This document shows, piece after piece, positions 19,759 to 28,753 of a stretch of DNA of 64,000 nucleotides. This stretch comes from Candidatus Latescibacterota bacterium (lineage in GTDB: Bacteria > Latescibacterota > UBA2968). Below the pieces are notes generated by a model. It saw only the letters and a program-made list of their open reading frames with translations. It ran no database searches and was not told the DNA's origin. Made by a program: the position numbers and the translations under genes. The stretch spans positions 3,456,001 to 3,520,000 of the forward strand of contig OZ241986.1 in NCBI GenBank assembly GCA_965204375.1, given 5' to 3'. Position 1 is the first letter of the stretch. The number at the start of each line of letters is the position of its first letter.

Positions 19759-20946
19759 ATGAAACTCCAAAACGACGACATCATCATCGACGACAACTTT
19801 CCGTGCAGCAGTGCCGGAGAAATGCGAATAATAGACTCTGACATAAGCGAAATCGGATACAAACCAGAAGAAATCCCGCAATGGTTCCAGGACCTGTTAG
19901 ACGAACTATTCGACGGCGCAGGCGTACCCAAAGAATACATGGCGCATGTGCGCGTGCGTCATCTCGGCAACCACGCAAAGTGGGCAACATTGCGATTTCT
20001 ACTCAGCCCAAAAGGCGCGAACTACATGTATCCCCCCTGGTGGATCTGGCGAGAAAACACGGGATGGGCGTGGGTACCTTATGAAAACACGGACTTTCAC
20101 CCGACAGAACACATCGACATATCCGTTCATCTGCAACCCGGAGAAATCATCCGCATCGCATCTGCCCCTTATGAAGATCCATCCGCCGTATGCGAAAAAG
20201 CGCGGCAACTATCCAAACAATACGACATCTGGACTTACCGGGAAATCGGTCACTCTGCACAGGGACGACCGATCTGCGTATTGGAAACCGAACCGCGCGA
20301 CCTGATCCTACTCGTCGATGCCACAATGCAATCGTGCGAACCCGTACCATGGGGCATCTTGCACGTAGCCCATGGATTAACCATCCCAACCGCACGCACA
20401 CAGCGATTATTAGACCACATACAATTCTGCCTCATGCCCATCACAAATCCCGACGGCGTATGCGAAGGACGCAGCGTAACCAATGCCATGGGCGAAGTCC
20501 CAAAATTTGGAATCAACCACCTCGTAGAAGGCAAAAGCGCACCCAGAGAAACCGCGGCACTGTGGCAGTATTTCCTCGACAAAAAGCCAGATGCATCTAT
20601 TGAAGTCCACGCCCACTTCACGCGACCGGATTTCACGCGAAGCATTGGCATGCACGACAAAGCATCCATGCCGCACCATCTTCGGACAAAAGCGGAAATC
20701 CTCGAACAAGCAATCTTCGAAAACTACCACATTGAACCATTAAAAAATCGAAAAGTATTAATCGATCCGCGACAACCCGAACACAACGTCTATGGCGACA
20801 AACACATCTGTGAACAAGCCAGCACAATCCGCACCTTTTTACAAGCCATCCCCGACAGCATTGACGCGCACAACGCCGACGTAAAAGAAATGGTAGAAAC
20901 CGTCGCCCACGCGCTCATCAAATGGCGGGAAGCTGGTGCGGCATAG
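19759..20946 (+). CDS. M14 zinc carboxypeptidase-like protein (divergent)
   Basis: IGHSAQGRPI, PITNPDG, EVHAH. The expected HxxE is seen as QSCE. Confidence 0.65.
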   Translation: MKLQNDDIIIDDNFPCSSAGEMRIIDSDISEIGYKPEEIPQWFQDLLDELFDGAGVPKEYMAHVRVRHLGNHAKWATLRFLLSPKGANYMYPPWWIWRENTGWAWVPYENTDFHPTEHIDISVHLQPGEIIRIASAPYEDPSAVCEKARQLSKQYDIWTYREIGHSAQGRPICVLETEPRDLILLVDATMQSCEPVPWGILHVAHGLTIPTARTQRLLDHIQFCLMPITNPDGVCEGRSVTNAMGEVPKFGINHLVEGKSAPRETAALWQYFLDKKPDASIEVHAHFTRPDFTRSIGMHDKASMPHHLRTKAEILEQAIFENYHIEPLKNRKVLIDPRQPEHNVYGDKHICEQASTIRTFLQAIPDSIDAHNADVKEMVETVAHALIKWREAGAA

Positions 20947-21047
20947 AGGTATAATCCACGAATCGTCAAAAAATGACACAACCGTAGGGACGGTGCTCCT
21001 GTGCCCGCCCAACTGTTTAATCACATGTTTTCAGAAAGGAAAATCCA

Positions 21048-21617
21048 ATGGCAACACACCTATCCCCAGAAGAACAAGCCGAAGGATTCGAACACTTATT
21101 CAACGGCAAAGACCTGAACGACTGGAAAATTATCGGACCGGAAGAAGGTTGGGAAGTTCAAAACGGCTTAATGGTATGCAATGGCGAAGGCAGAGGATGG
21201 ATTCGCCCCAAAGCCATGTACACAGACTTTGTATTGCGCCTGGACTATCGAAACAGCGCGGGAGGAAACAGCGGAATCTTCCTGCGGACAAGCGAAGAAG
21301 GGCGCCCCGCCTATCAGGGAATGGAAATACAAATTTACGACGTACCGCACGACCCACTCAACAATAAATCAAACGGCGCGATCTACGACGCGGTCGCCCC
21401 CACCGTTGATCCGTCTCATCCGGCGGGGGAATGGAACGCAATTGAAGTATCATGCCAGGGAACAATGGTAAACGTCATCATCAACGGGCGCGAAGTCATA
21501 TCCTGTGACACAAGCAAACACCCGGACCTCAAAGACCGCTTAAAAACCGGATACATTGGCCTTCAAAACCACCGCAGCCCCATTGACTTTCGCAATGTAC
21601 GGATTAAAACAGGCTAA
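21048..21617 (+). CDS. DUF1080 (3-keto-disaccharide hydrolase-like) protein
   Basis: LFNGKDL..W, GNSGIF, EIQI, GEWN, GYIGLQNH, FRNVRIK. Confidence 0.9.
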   Translation: MATHLSPEEQAEGFEHLFNGKDLNDWKIIGPEEGWEVQNGLMVCNGEGRGWIRPKAMYTDFVLRLDYRNSAGGNSGIFLRTSEEGRPAYQGMEIQIYDVPHDPLNNKSNGAIYDAVAPTVDPSHPAGEWNAIEVSCQGTMVNVIINGREVISCDTSKHPDLKDRLKTGYIGLQNHRSPIDFRNVRIKTG

Positions 21618-21624
21618 AGACCTT

Positions 21625-21687
21625 CTGGATCGCGGCTTTAACCATGCCGCGATGACACACGGGACGGCACGGGGGCCGTCCCCTACA
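21625..21687. repeat. REP-like palindromes: a GGATCGCGG..CCGCGATGAC unit plus a GTAG-type unit
   Basis: ctggatcgcggctttaaccatgccgcgatgac then gggacggcacgggggccgtccctac. Relatives at 20983-21010 and 31974-32050. Confidence 0.7.
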
Positions 21688-21708
21688 ACACCTTAATCAC
21701 TTGAATAT

Positions 21709-23061
21709 TCATGCCTTAAACGCTGCCAACACCCGATCAAACGCCTGAGCCGTCTGATCGATATCCGCATCGCTGTGAACAGCAGAAATAACGCCACCGG
21801 GCCAGGGCATCACATCGACCCCCTCTGCAATCAGACCGCAGCGAAGATAGTGAATCTGCTTCATCGAAATCCCGCCTTTGAGAACAGAATGGGGCACTGT
21901 ACCATCGTAAATATCCGAACATGTGTACGTCTGATCCTCGGACAACGGCAAAAATTGAAACCCCGAAAACTCGCCGTACACAAGCCAATTTAATCCGCGT
22001 CTCTGAATCACATCATTGAGCGCGTTCCTCAACACCTCGCCATTCCGATTAGCGCGCTCAGTAATATCATCTTCCGCAACAATTTTAAGCGTCGTCAACC
22101 CCGCCCGCGCTGAAACTGGATTCGAATTAAACGTACCCTGGTGTGGCACGCGATATCTGTCATTCCACGAAGCATCGTCTCGATACGTCATCACATCGAG
22201 CAAATCCGCGCGCCCCGCAATCGCGCCGCCGGGAAACCCACCCGCAACAATCTTGGCCAAAAGGCACAAATCGGGCGTCACCCCATAATATTCCTGAGCA
22301 CCCCCGGGCGCAACGCGAAAACCCGTAATCACCTCATCAAAAATGAGCAAAACCCCGTACTCACGTGTAACCGCGCGAAGCTGGCGCAAAAACTCGCCCT
22401 GCGTGGGAACACGCCCAAAACTCGCACCCGTAGGCTCCAGAATAACCGCGGCAATATCGTCCCGACTCTCAAGTGCCTGTGTGACCTGATCGATATTATT
22501 CGGCTCGCACAACACGGCATTTTCGATATGATCCTCTGTAATACCGCTCGGAGGCGTACCGTCAAAACTGGTCGAAGCGCCAAAAGCCACCTGATCGTGC
22601 CACCCGTGAAAATTCGTCGTAAAACGCAAAATCTTAGACTTATTCTGAAAAGCCCGCGCAACGCGCAACCCCAACAGACTCGCCTCTGTACCCGACGACG
22701 TAAAACGCACCTTATCGGCACACGGCACCATCCGAATAATCTGCTCTGCCCATTCCAATTCCAACTCGTGCGACGCGCCGTAATGAGTCCCCCTGCTCAA
22801 CTGCTCCCGCACCGCTTCGGTCACCTCCGGATGATTATGCCCCAAAATCAGCGCACCGTGACCCCCAAAATAATCGACATATTCACACCCATCCACATCC
22901 CACTTGCGCCCCCCCTGTGCCCGAGCAATAGAAAGCGGATAAGGCATCAAATAGCGCGTATCGTGCGTCACCCCACTGGGAAAAGTCTCCCGCGCCCGCT
23001 GGTATAACGCACGGGACTTTGGCGTCTTTGCCATATATTTTTCAATCAACAAATCGCTCAT
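21709..23061 (-). CDS. class III PLP aminotransferase, glutamate-1-semialdehyde aminomutase-like
   Basis: DVDGCEYVD, SGTEA, FHGWHD, LIFDEVITGFR, LAKIVAGG, GTFNSNP. Confidence 0.88.
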   Translation of the reverse strand: MSDLLIEKYMAKTPKSRALYQRARETFPSGVTHDTRYLMPYPLSIARAQGGRKWDVDGCEYVDYFGGHGALILGHNHPEVTEAVREQLSRGTHYGASHELELEWAEQIIRMVPCADKVRFTSSGTEASLLGLRVARAFQNKSKILRFTTNFHGWHDQVAFGASTSFDGTPPSGITEDHIENAVLCEPNNIDQVTQALESRDDIAAVILEPTGASFGRVPTQGEFLRQLRAVTREYGVLLIFDEVITGFRVAPGGAQEYYGVTPDLCLLAKIVAGGFPGGAIAGRADLLDVMTYRDDASWNDRYRVPHQGTFNSNPVSARAGLTTLKIVAEDDITERANRNGEVLRNALNDVIQRRGLNWLVYGEFSGFQFLPLSEDQTYTCSDIYDGTVPHSVLKGGISMKQIHYLRCGLIAEGVDVMPWPGGVISAVHSDADIDQTAQAFDRVLAAFKA

Positions 23062-23148
23062 CTTTTGTCCTTTCAGTTTTTCAATATCTACACAATCTCC
23101 CATTGACAGTAAAAGATACGGTTCTGAGCATGTGCATGCAACTGCCTT

Positions 23149-23260
23149 GGAAGTGTGAAGTAGGAAGTGTGAAGTGTGAAATGAAGTACCAGCCTTTGGG
23201 TGGTGTAGGGTGGCCTTCTTACTTCTCACTTCTCTCTTCTTACTTCTTTTCCCTTCATTC
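23149..23260 (-). repeat. inverted copy of the 18155..18254 element
   Basis: Its reverse complement shares both heptamer arms and 22/31 core positions. Confidence 0.75.
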
Positions 23261-23335
23261 ACACTTGCGCGTATTTATAGACCTTGTTACCTTGTATAAC
23301 TATATTTAAATGCGTTTAAATCCGAAGGAGAATTT

Positions 23336-24055
23336 ATGCATCTTGCGCTGGAAAACAAAGTCGCTATAATTGTAGGAAGCAGTTCGGGAATGGGAAAAGC
23401 GACCGCGCGATCTTATGCTCAGGCAGGCGCCAGCGTGGTACTGGCAGCGCGAAGCAAAGACAAATTAGACGACCTTGCATCAGAAATAGGAAACCGCGCA
23501 ATCGCCTGTCCCACAGACGCGCGGGATGTGGAACAGGTAAACCACTTAATTCAGACAACACTGGATAAATTCGAGCAAATCGATATTCTCGTGTACGCCA
23601 CGGGAACAAATATCCCGGACCGCAGCCTCGAAGTATTGACCTATGAAACGTGGGAAATGATGATTGGCACAAATCTGACCGGCGCATTCAACTGCACAAA
23701 AGCGGTATTGCCCACCATGCGAAAACAGCAATCGGGCCTGATCATCTATCTATCTTCCGGATGTGTACAATCGCCCGATGTATCCGGCGTATCTTATCAG
23801 GCATCCAAGCACGGCATGTCTGGCCTGGCGCACGGGACATTCCAAGAAGAACAGGAAAACGGCATTCGCACCACAGTAATCTTCCCCGGATTGTGCGACA
23901 CGCCCATCGTCTTAAAGCGCCCTACACCCACACCCCCAGAAGTCATGGCCAAAGCACTAAAGCCAGAAGACGTAGCCGATGCATGTCTATACGTAGCGAC
24001 CACGCCTTCGCGTGCGCGGATACCCGAACTCATTCTCTTGCCCGCGGGATTGTAA
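23336..24055 (+). CDS. SDR family oxidoreductase
   Basis: VGSSSGMG, YQASK catalytic motif, IFPG; AAGGAG RBS. Confidence 0.92.
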   Translation: MHLALENKVAIIVGSSSGMGKATARSYAQAGASVVLAARSKDKLDDLASEIGNRAIACPTDARDVEQVNHLIQTTLDKFEQIDILVYATGTNIPDRSLEVLTYETWEMMIGTNLTGAFNCTKAVLPTMRKQQSGLIIYLSSGCVQSPDVSGVSYQASKHGMSGLAHGTFQEEQENGIRTTVIFPGLCDTPIVLKRPTPTPPEVMAKALKPEDVADACLYVATTPSRARIPELILLPAGL

Positions 24056-24058
24056 TAC

Positions 24059-24259
24059 TTACTCAGATGATGAGAGTTTTTGTTTTAAGCGAGCAACCAC
24101 ATCTGCGCTGAGACCATCTTCTGGCTCAACGCTCTCTCGCTCATCCAGTACTGCACGAATCTCGTCAAAAGATGCGCGACCCAATTTTTCAAGCAAGGCG
24201 GCATAAGCAGCCTTTTGTGAATCGGTATCGGATACGGGTCGAACAGTGTAGCGGCTCAT
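24059..24259 (-). CDS. small hypothetical protein (66 aa)
   Basis: AAGGAG RBS; fills the gap between the SDR and PhyH genes. Confidence 0.55.
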   Translation of the reverse strand: MSRYTVRPVSDTDSQKAAYAALLEKLGRASFDEIRAVLDERESVEPEDGLSADVVARLKQKLSSSE

Positions 24260-24378
24260 ACTTTACTCCTTTAAGTGCGCAACGAAATTTCCTCATAATT
24301 ATCGCATCTTATCTGGTGTCATGCAAGCCTATATATTCAGAAATTTCTTTACAATTTTCAAAAACTTGGGTTATCTAC

Positions 24379-25188
24379 ATGTCGCAATCTATTCTTGAGC
24401 CAGAAGGCACAGCGCATCTCACACAGGCGCAGGTCGCGCAATTTGTGAATGATGGATTTGTCATCGTCCCGGGTCTCGTCGATCCAGACCGCGTACGCGC
24501 GGGACTGAAAGAACTAAAAAATAAAACCGGCATCGTGCCCGATGAGTCAAAAACATGGCCCAAAGACAAAAATGGCATGCATGTAACTCAGGAAGGCATT
24601 ACAATTGACCGGACCCTGTGTATCTCACCCAGGCTAAAAGCGATCGTGTGTGAACTCGCCGGACCGGCTATCACCAATGAGCCGGGATTAAGCCCCATAT
24701 TGCGATTTCCGCAGCAGGGACCCAAACAATTTGAACCGGGTGGCGCGCATATCGATGGCACGCGCCAGGGCAACGGCCTCACCGTATATCCCACCCACTT
24801 TCTCCTCCTCGTCATGGCCTATCTCACAGACACGGATGCACACGACGGCGCATTCACCGTATGGCCGGGTAGCCCGCGACAGGTATTTTCCTGGGCGTAC
24901 TCCAACAACATCGACCTCGGAGAAAAATGGCGCACAACGGGCAGCACGGGCGCGCCGGACATCCCACTCAACGATCCAATCCCCGTCGTCGCACGGGCGG
25001 GCGACGTGGCGATATGCCATTATCTGATGGTACACGCCTCTTCCGCCAACCGGGGCGACCACGTCCGCGTTGGGCTTCACGGATGGCTGAGGGCAGACCC
25101 CGAATATCAATACGTTCCAAAAACGGGACCACCTCAAACGGACTGGACCCCGTTGGACTGGATATTGAGAACGGACAATTTACACTGA
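24379..25188 (+). CDS. phytanoyl-CoA dioxygenase (PhyH) family protein
   Basis: LTQAQVAQFVNDGF, AHIDG (HxD), VWPGS, AGDVAICHYLMVH. Confidence 0.88.
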   Translation: MSQSILEPEGTAHLTQAQVAQFVNDGFVIVPGLVDPDRVRAGLKELKNKTGIVPDESKTWPKDKNGMHVTQEGITIDRTLCISPRLKAIVCELAGPAITNEPGLSPILRFPQQGPKQFEPGGAHIDGTRQGNGLTVYPTHFLLLVMAYLTDTDAHDGAFTVWPGSPRQVFSWAYSNNIDLGEKWRTTGSTGAPDIPLNDPIPVVARAGDVAICHYLMVHASSANRGDHVRVGLHGWLRADPEYQYVPKTGPPQTDWTPLDWILRTDNLH

Positions 25189-25355
25189 GAAAGGAGGTCC
25201 TTATTAATGCTGAGAGTTAGTAATTTTTGAAGAAGAAAAATCGAGTCGTTGGTAGAGAAAGTCTTGCACGGGATCATCCTTGTCAGAACCATAAACAAAC
25301 ATAGGACGGTTCAAAGGGAATCCGCCACACCTTCACGAAAGAAAACACGGTGCAA

Positions 25356-25562
25356 ATGCCAACTATCGAAACCCGCGTTGCTTCTCTTGAAGCCGTCCAG
25401 TCGCAAATCAATGAGCGTCTGGGCAATATTGAGCAAGAGTTGCGAGCCATCCGCCAGGACGCACGGCAAAACACACGATGGATGTTTGGCTTGCTGGCCA
25501 CGGTGTTGCTTGCCAACATCGGCACGGCAATTTCAATCATCATCGTCCTGGCAAAACCATAA
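25356..25562 (+). CDS. small coiled-coil protein with C-terminal TM helix (XhlA/DUF1640-like architecture)
   Basis: Heptad N-terminus (ETRVASLE..INERLGNIEQEL), then RWMFGLLATVLLANIG..IIIVL. Confidence 0.6.
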   Translation: MPTIETRVASLEAVQSQINERLGNIEQELRAIRQDARQNTRWMFGLLATVLLANIGTAISIIIVLAKP

Positions 25563-25578
25563 ACAAAGGAGTTGACAC

Positions 25579-28500
25579 ATGAATCGAATGTGTTTGCTGT
25601 TTATCATTTCCCTTTGCCTGGTATCTCAAGCCTTTGCGGGTACCACGGGGAAAGTTGCTGGCGTAATAAAAGACGCCAAATCGGGAGAAGTATTGCCCGG
25701 CGCAAACGTCGTCGTGATGGGCACCCGTCTGGGTGCGACGACAGACGCCGATGGCAACTATTTTATCCTCAATGTCCCACCCGGCATGCTGGAAGTACAG
25801 GCATCAATGGTGGGATATACAAAGGTCACGCAGACCGACGTCCGCGTAAAAATCGACCAGACTACAAAGCTCAATTTTGAACTGACCGAAGAAACCCTCG
25901 AAGCAGCCGAGATACTGGTCATGGCCGAACGCCCACCCGTAGAACTCGACCTCACGGGAAGCAAGCAGGCGCTGACGACGATGGACCTGGAATTGAGTTG
26001 GGCAAACTCTGTGGAAGAGGCCGTGGAAACCCAATCTGGGGTAGGGGTTCGGGGAAGTATCCGCGGAGGATACGGCTTCACCGCCGCCTATATTATAGAT
26101 GGTGTGGATGTGCGGGACGGCAATACCCAATCCAGCTTTGTCGTGACCAATACCGCGGCTATCCAGGAAATGGAAATACTCACGGGTGGATATAACGCGG
26201 AATACGGCCGGGCCAACGATGGGATCATCAACATCGTAACGCGATCAGCGCGAGACCGCTGGCACACGACTGCCAAAACGCGCATTCGCCCGCGCGGGAA
26301 GTACCACTGGGGCCGCAATATTTACAGCGAGGAAAATGTCGAAAACCAGGTTATCACCAAAGAGTTCTTCGACAAAAACGACATGGGAGCCTCCTGGAAT
26401 AACTACTGGACAGAACAGGGCCAAAATCCTACACCCGAGTTCAACTGGCAAAAATACCAGGAATTCACAACGCCACCGGAAGACATGGGCAATTACGCCG
26501 ATCTGGACCAGTGGGAGTGGGAAGGCGCTGCTTTCGGTCCCATCTCCTCCAATATGGATCTGTTGTTAAGCGGCAAGTATTTGCGAGGTGTAACCAGGTG
26601 GCCGAGCGTTTTCAAATACAGCCCCGAATGGAGCGCGCTCGCCAAATTGAATTACAACCTGACCCAGAACACCAAAATCACGGCATCGTTCAACCACCAG
26701 GGCACCGACAACAGTGGTCAACCCAGATTGTCTTACATGTCGTCCGACGATATGGGTGGTTCAATGGGGAATCTTCCATCGGGTGGAATCCGAACGCCTT
26801 TTCAGAGAGAGAAATGGAATTCGAATGGCAACAGCGTAATTACCGGCAATAACTCGCGCGTGCCGCCTCCACAGTATATTCGGACGAATGCGGCAATGTT
26901 AAAACTGACGCACGTCTTCAGTCCGCGCACATTTATGGATTTCCGCATTCAGCACTACCGAATGGATTACGACGCGCATTACGAAAACCTGGATACGAAT
27001 CCCGTCTTATTCCAGGACCAACTCGATCGAACCCCGGTGTTTTTGGAACCCACCTGGTTCCCCACCAGTCCGGTCAGCACTGGCGGACGGCGGTGGCAAT
27101 GGCCGAGAGATAACGCCAAACTGTTCGCCAATACCTGGCGAACATCAATCAATTTTGATCTGACCAGCCAGGTCAACGAACACAATCTGGTCAAGGCGGG
27201 CCTGTCATTCGATCCGCAGTATATCGATACCTGGTACGGTGGGCAATTTGGATCGGCTTCACAACCGTTTAACAAGGTGCCAAACAGGGATTATAGCCCC
27301 TGGGATTTCACCGCTTATGTGCAGGATCAAATCGAAGCCGAAGGCATGATCGTAAACCTCGGCTTGCGCCTGGACATGTTCAACGCCAACCGGAACGTGA
27401 ATTACATCCTGTGGGATCCCTACGCGCTGTCGAGTATTACCGATGGCAATATTGCGGGCGGAATTCTGTCCTTTGATCCGGACGGTCCCCATGCCGCCAA
27501 GACACCGCTACAGGTCGCGATTTCACCCCGCGTGGGCATCGCGCATCCCATTACCGCGAGCACTGTATTGCACTTTATGTACGGACATTTTAACCAGAGA
27601 CCTCCCTGGGTAAAAATTGCCGGGAATAAAGCCATCTGGAACCGCGGGGCACCCTCTGATCCGAGCGTTCAACTGCCACCCAACTACGATCCAAATCCCA
27701 ACGAGGATTACAACTATATCCACTGGTGGGGCACAGGTGGCAACCCGGAGATCGGGTTCGAAAAGATGATCCAGTACGAAGTGGGCTTTGATCAGGATAT
27801 TGCCGGTGTGCTCGGTTTAGATGTAACCATGTATTACAAGGACGCCAAGGATCTGACAAGGCGAGGCTTTCGACAGGGACGAGAGGAAGAAACCGGCAAC
27901 AGTTCAACGCTTCAATTCACTTTGTTTATGGATCCCAACAACCCGCAGAAGCAAACGCCTCAGAGTGGGTTTACCAACCGGGGCGCTTTCTCGATGGCGG
28001 GAGCACGCCTCGATGCACGCGGTCTGGAATTGGAATTGAGCACCAAGCGCTGGCAAAATGTGCGCCTCCAGCTCAAATACGACCTGTCCTATTCCAGCAC
28101 GGGCGCTTATGGCCCGACGAGCCTCTATATTCCCATCCAACAACCAGACGGTTCGATCAAGCAACTCGGACGGGATCGCTATCACGGATCCGGCGAGAAC
28201 AACCTCGAGTTGTGGAACCCGCACAACACGTTTAAGCTCAATGCATTGCTCAGCACGCCCAACAACTTCGGTCCGGTGATGGGGAACTGGTTCTTGAACA
28301 TGCACTACACCTACGCTTCGGCGCAGCGATACACCTATCATCCGCCCGGCGATACGAGCACCGAGCCGCTGAACCGGTCGTGGAAACCCTATCACCGCAC
28401 CAATGCGCGCCTCTCCAAGCGTTTCGAATTGGTGGGTGGAATGAAGGGCGAATTCGCAATAGACATACACAATGTCTTCAACAACAAAATCCTGAAACTG

Positions 28501-28677
28501 TTCGGCGGACAAGATTTGTTCAACTACATTGAAAAGGGCGAAATGCCCGTGATAAAAGCCTCCTATCTGACGCCAGATGGCACTTCAGCCGAATGGGTAG
28601 AGCCGAATCAGTGGACGATTTACCGCCCGGACCTGAATCCGAGAGAGTTGTTCTTCTCGCTGTCGATTGATTATTAG
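25579..28677 (+). CDS. TonB-dependent receptor with N-terminal carboxypeptidase-regulatory-like domain (module 1)
   Basis: Signal peptide, GTTGKVAG..GANV..GATTDADGNYFILNVPPG, plug IRGG...GGYNAEYG, SPRVGIAHP, terminal SLSIDY beta-signal. Confidence 0.92.
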   Translation: MNRMCLLFIISLCLVSQAFAGTTGKVAGVIKDAKSGEVLPGANVVVMGTRLGATTDADGNYFILNVPPGMLEVQASMVGYTKVTQTDVRVKIDQTTKLNFELTEETLEAAEILVMAERPPVELDLTGSKQALTTMDLELSWANSVEEAVETQSGVGVRGSIRGGYGFTAAYIIDGVDVRDGNTQSSFVVTNTAAIQEMEILTGGYNAEYGRANDGIINIVTRSARDRWHTTAKTRIRPRGKYHWGRNIYSEENVENQVITKEFFDKNDMGASWNNYWTEQGQNPTPEFNWQKYQEFTTPPEDMGNYADLDQWEWEGAAFGPISSNMDLLLSGKYLRGVTRWPSVFKYSPEWSALAKLNYNLTQNTKITASFNHQGTDNSGQPRLSYMSSDDMGGSMGNLPSGGIRTPFQREKWNSNGNSVITGNNSRVPPPQYIRTNAAMLKLTHVFSPRTFMDFRIQHYRMDYDAHYENLDTNPVLFQDQLDRTPVFLEPTWFPTSPVSTGGRRWQWPRDNAKLFANTWRTSINFDLTSQVNEHNLVKAGLSFDPQYIDTWYGGQFGSASQPFNKVPNRDYSPWDFTAYVQDQIEAEGMIVNLGLRLDMFNANRNVNYILWDPYALSSITDGNIAGGILSFDPDGPHAAKTPLQVAISPRVGIAHPITASTVLHFMYGHFNQRPPWVKIAGNKAIWNRGAPSDPSVQLPPNYDPNPNEDYNYIHWWGTGGNPEIGFEKMIQYEVGFDQDIAGVLGLDVTMYYKDAKDLTRRGFRQGREEETGNSSTLQFTLFMDPNNPQKQTPQSGFTNRGAFSMAGARLDARGLELELSTKRWQNVRLQLKYDLSYSSTGAYGPTSLYIPIQQPDGSIKQLGRDRYHGSGENNLELWNPHNTFKLNALLSTPNNFGPVMGNWFLNMHYTYASAQRYTYHPPGDTSTEPLNRSWKPYHRTNARLSKRFELVGGMKGEFAIDIHNVFNNKILKLFGGQDLFNYIEKGEMPVIKASYLTPDGTSAEWVEPNQWTIYRPDLNPRELFFSLSIDY

Positions 28678-28753
28678 CCAAATAGCCGGGTGTCGAGAGG
28701 AACGAACGATACCCGGCCTGCAATTCCCTTCTCAAACAACAAAGGAGTTTCTG

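Noticed and set aside
21709-23061. Calling this gene hemL
   Set aside because: It is a class III aminotransferase of the GSA-like clade, but the context is catabolic and no hem genes are nearby.
25300-25345. Possible cobalamin or c-di-GMP riboswitch upstream of the TonB receptor (AAGGGAATCCG, GCCAC, GAAA)
   Set aside because: Only isolated words match; the GGTG-AA-TCC T-loop, the B12 box and the GEMM stems are missing.
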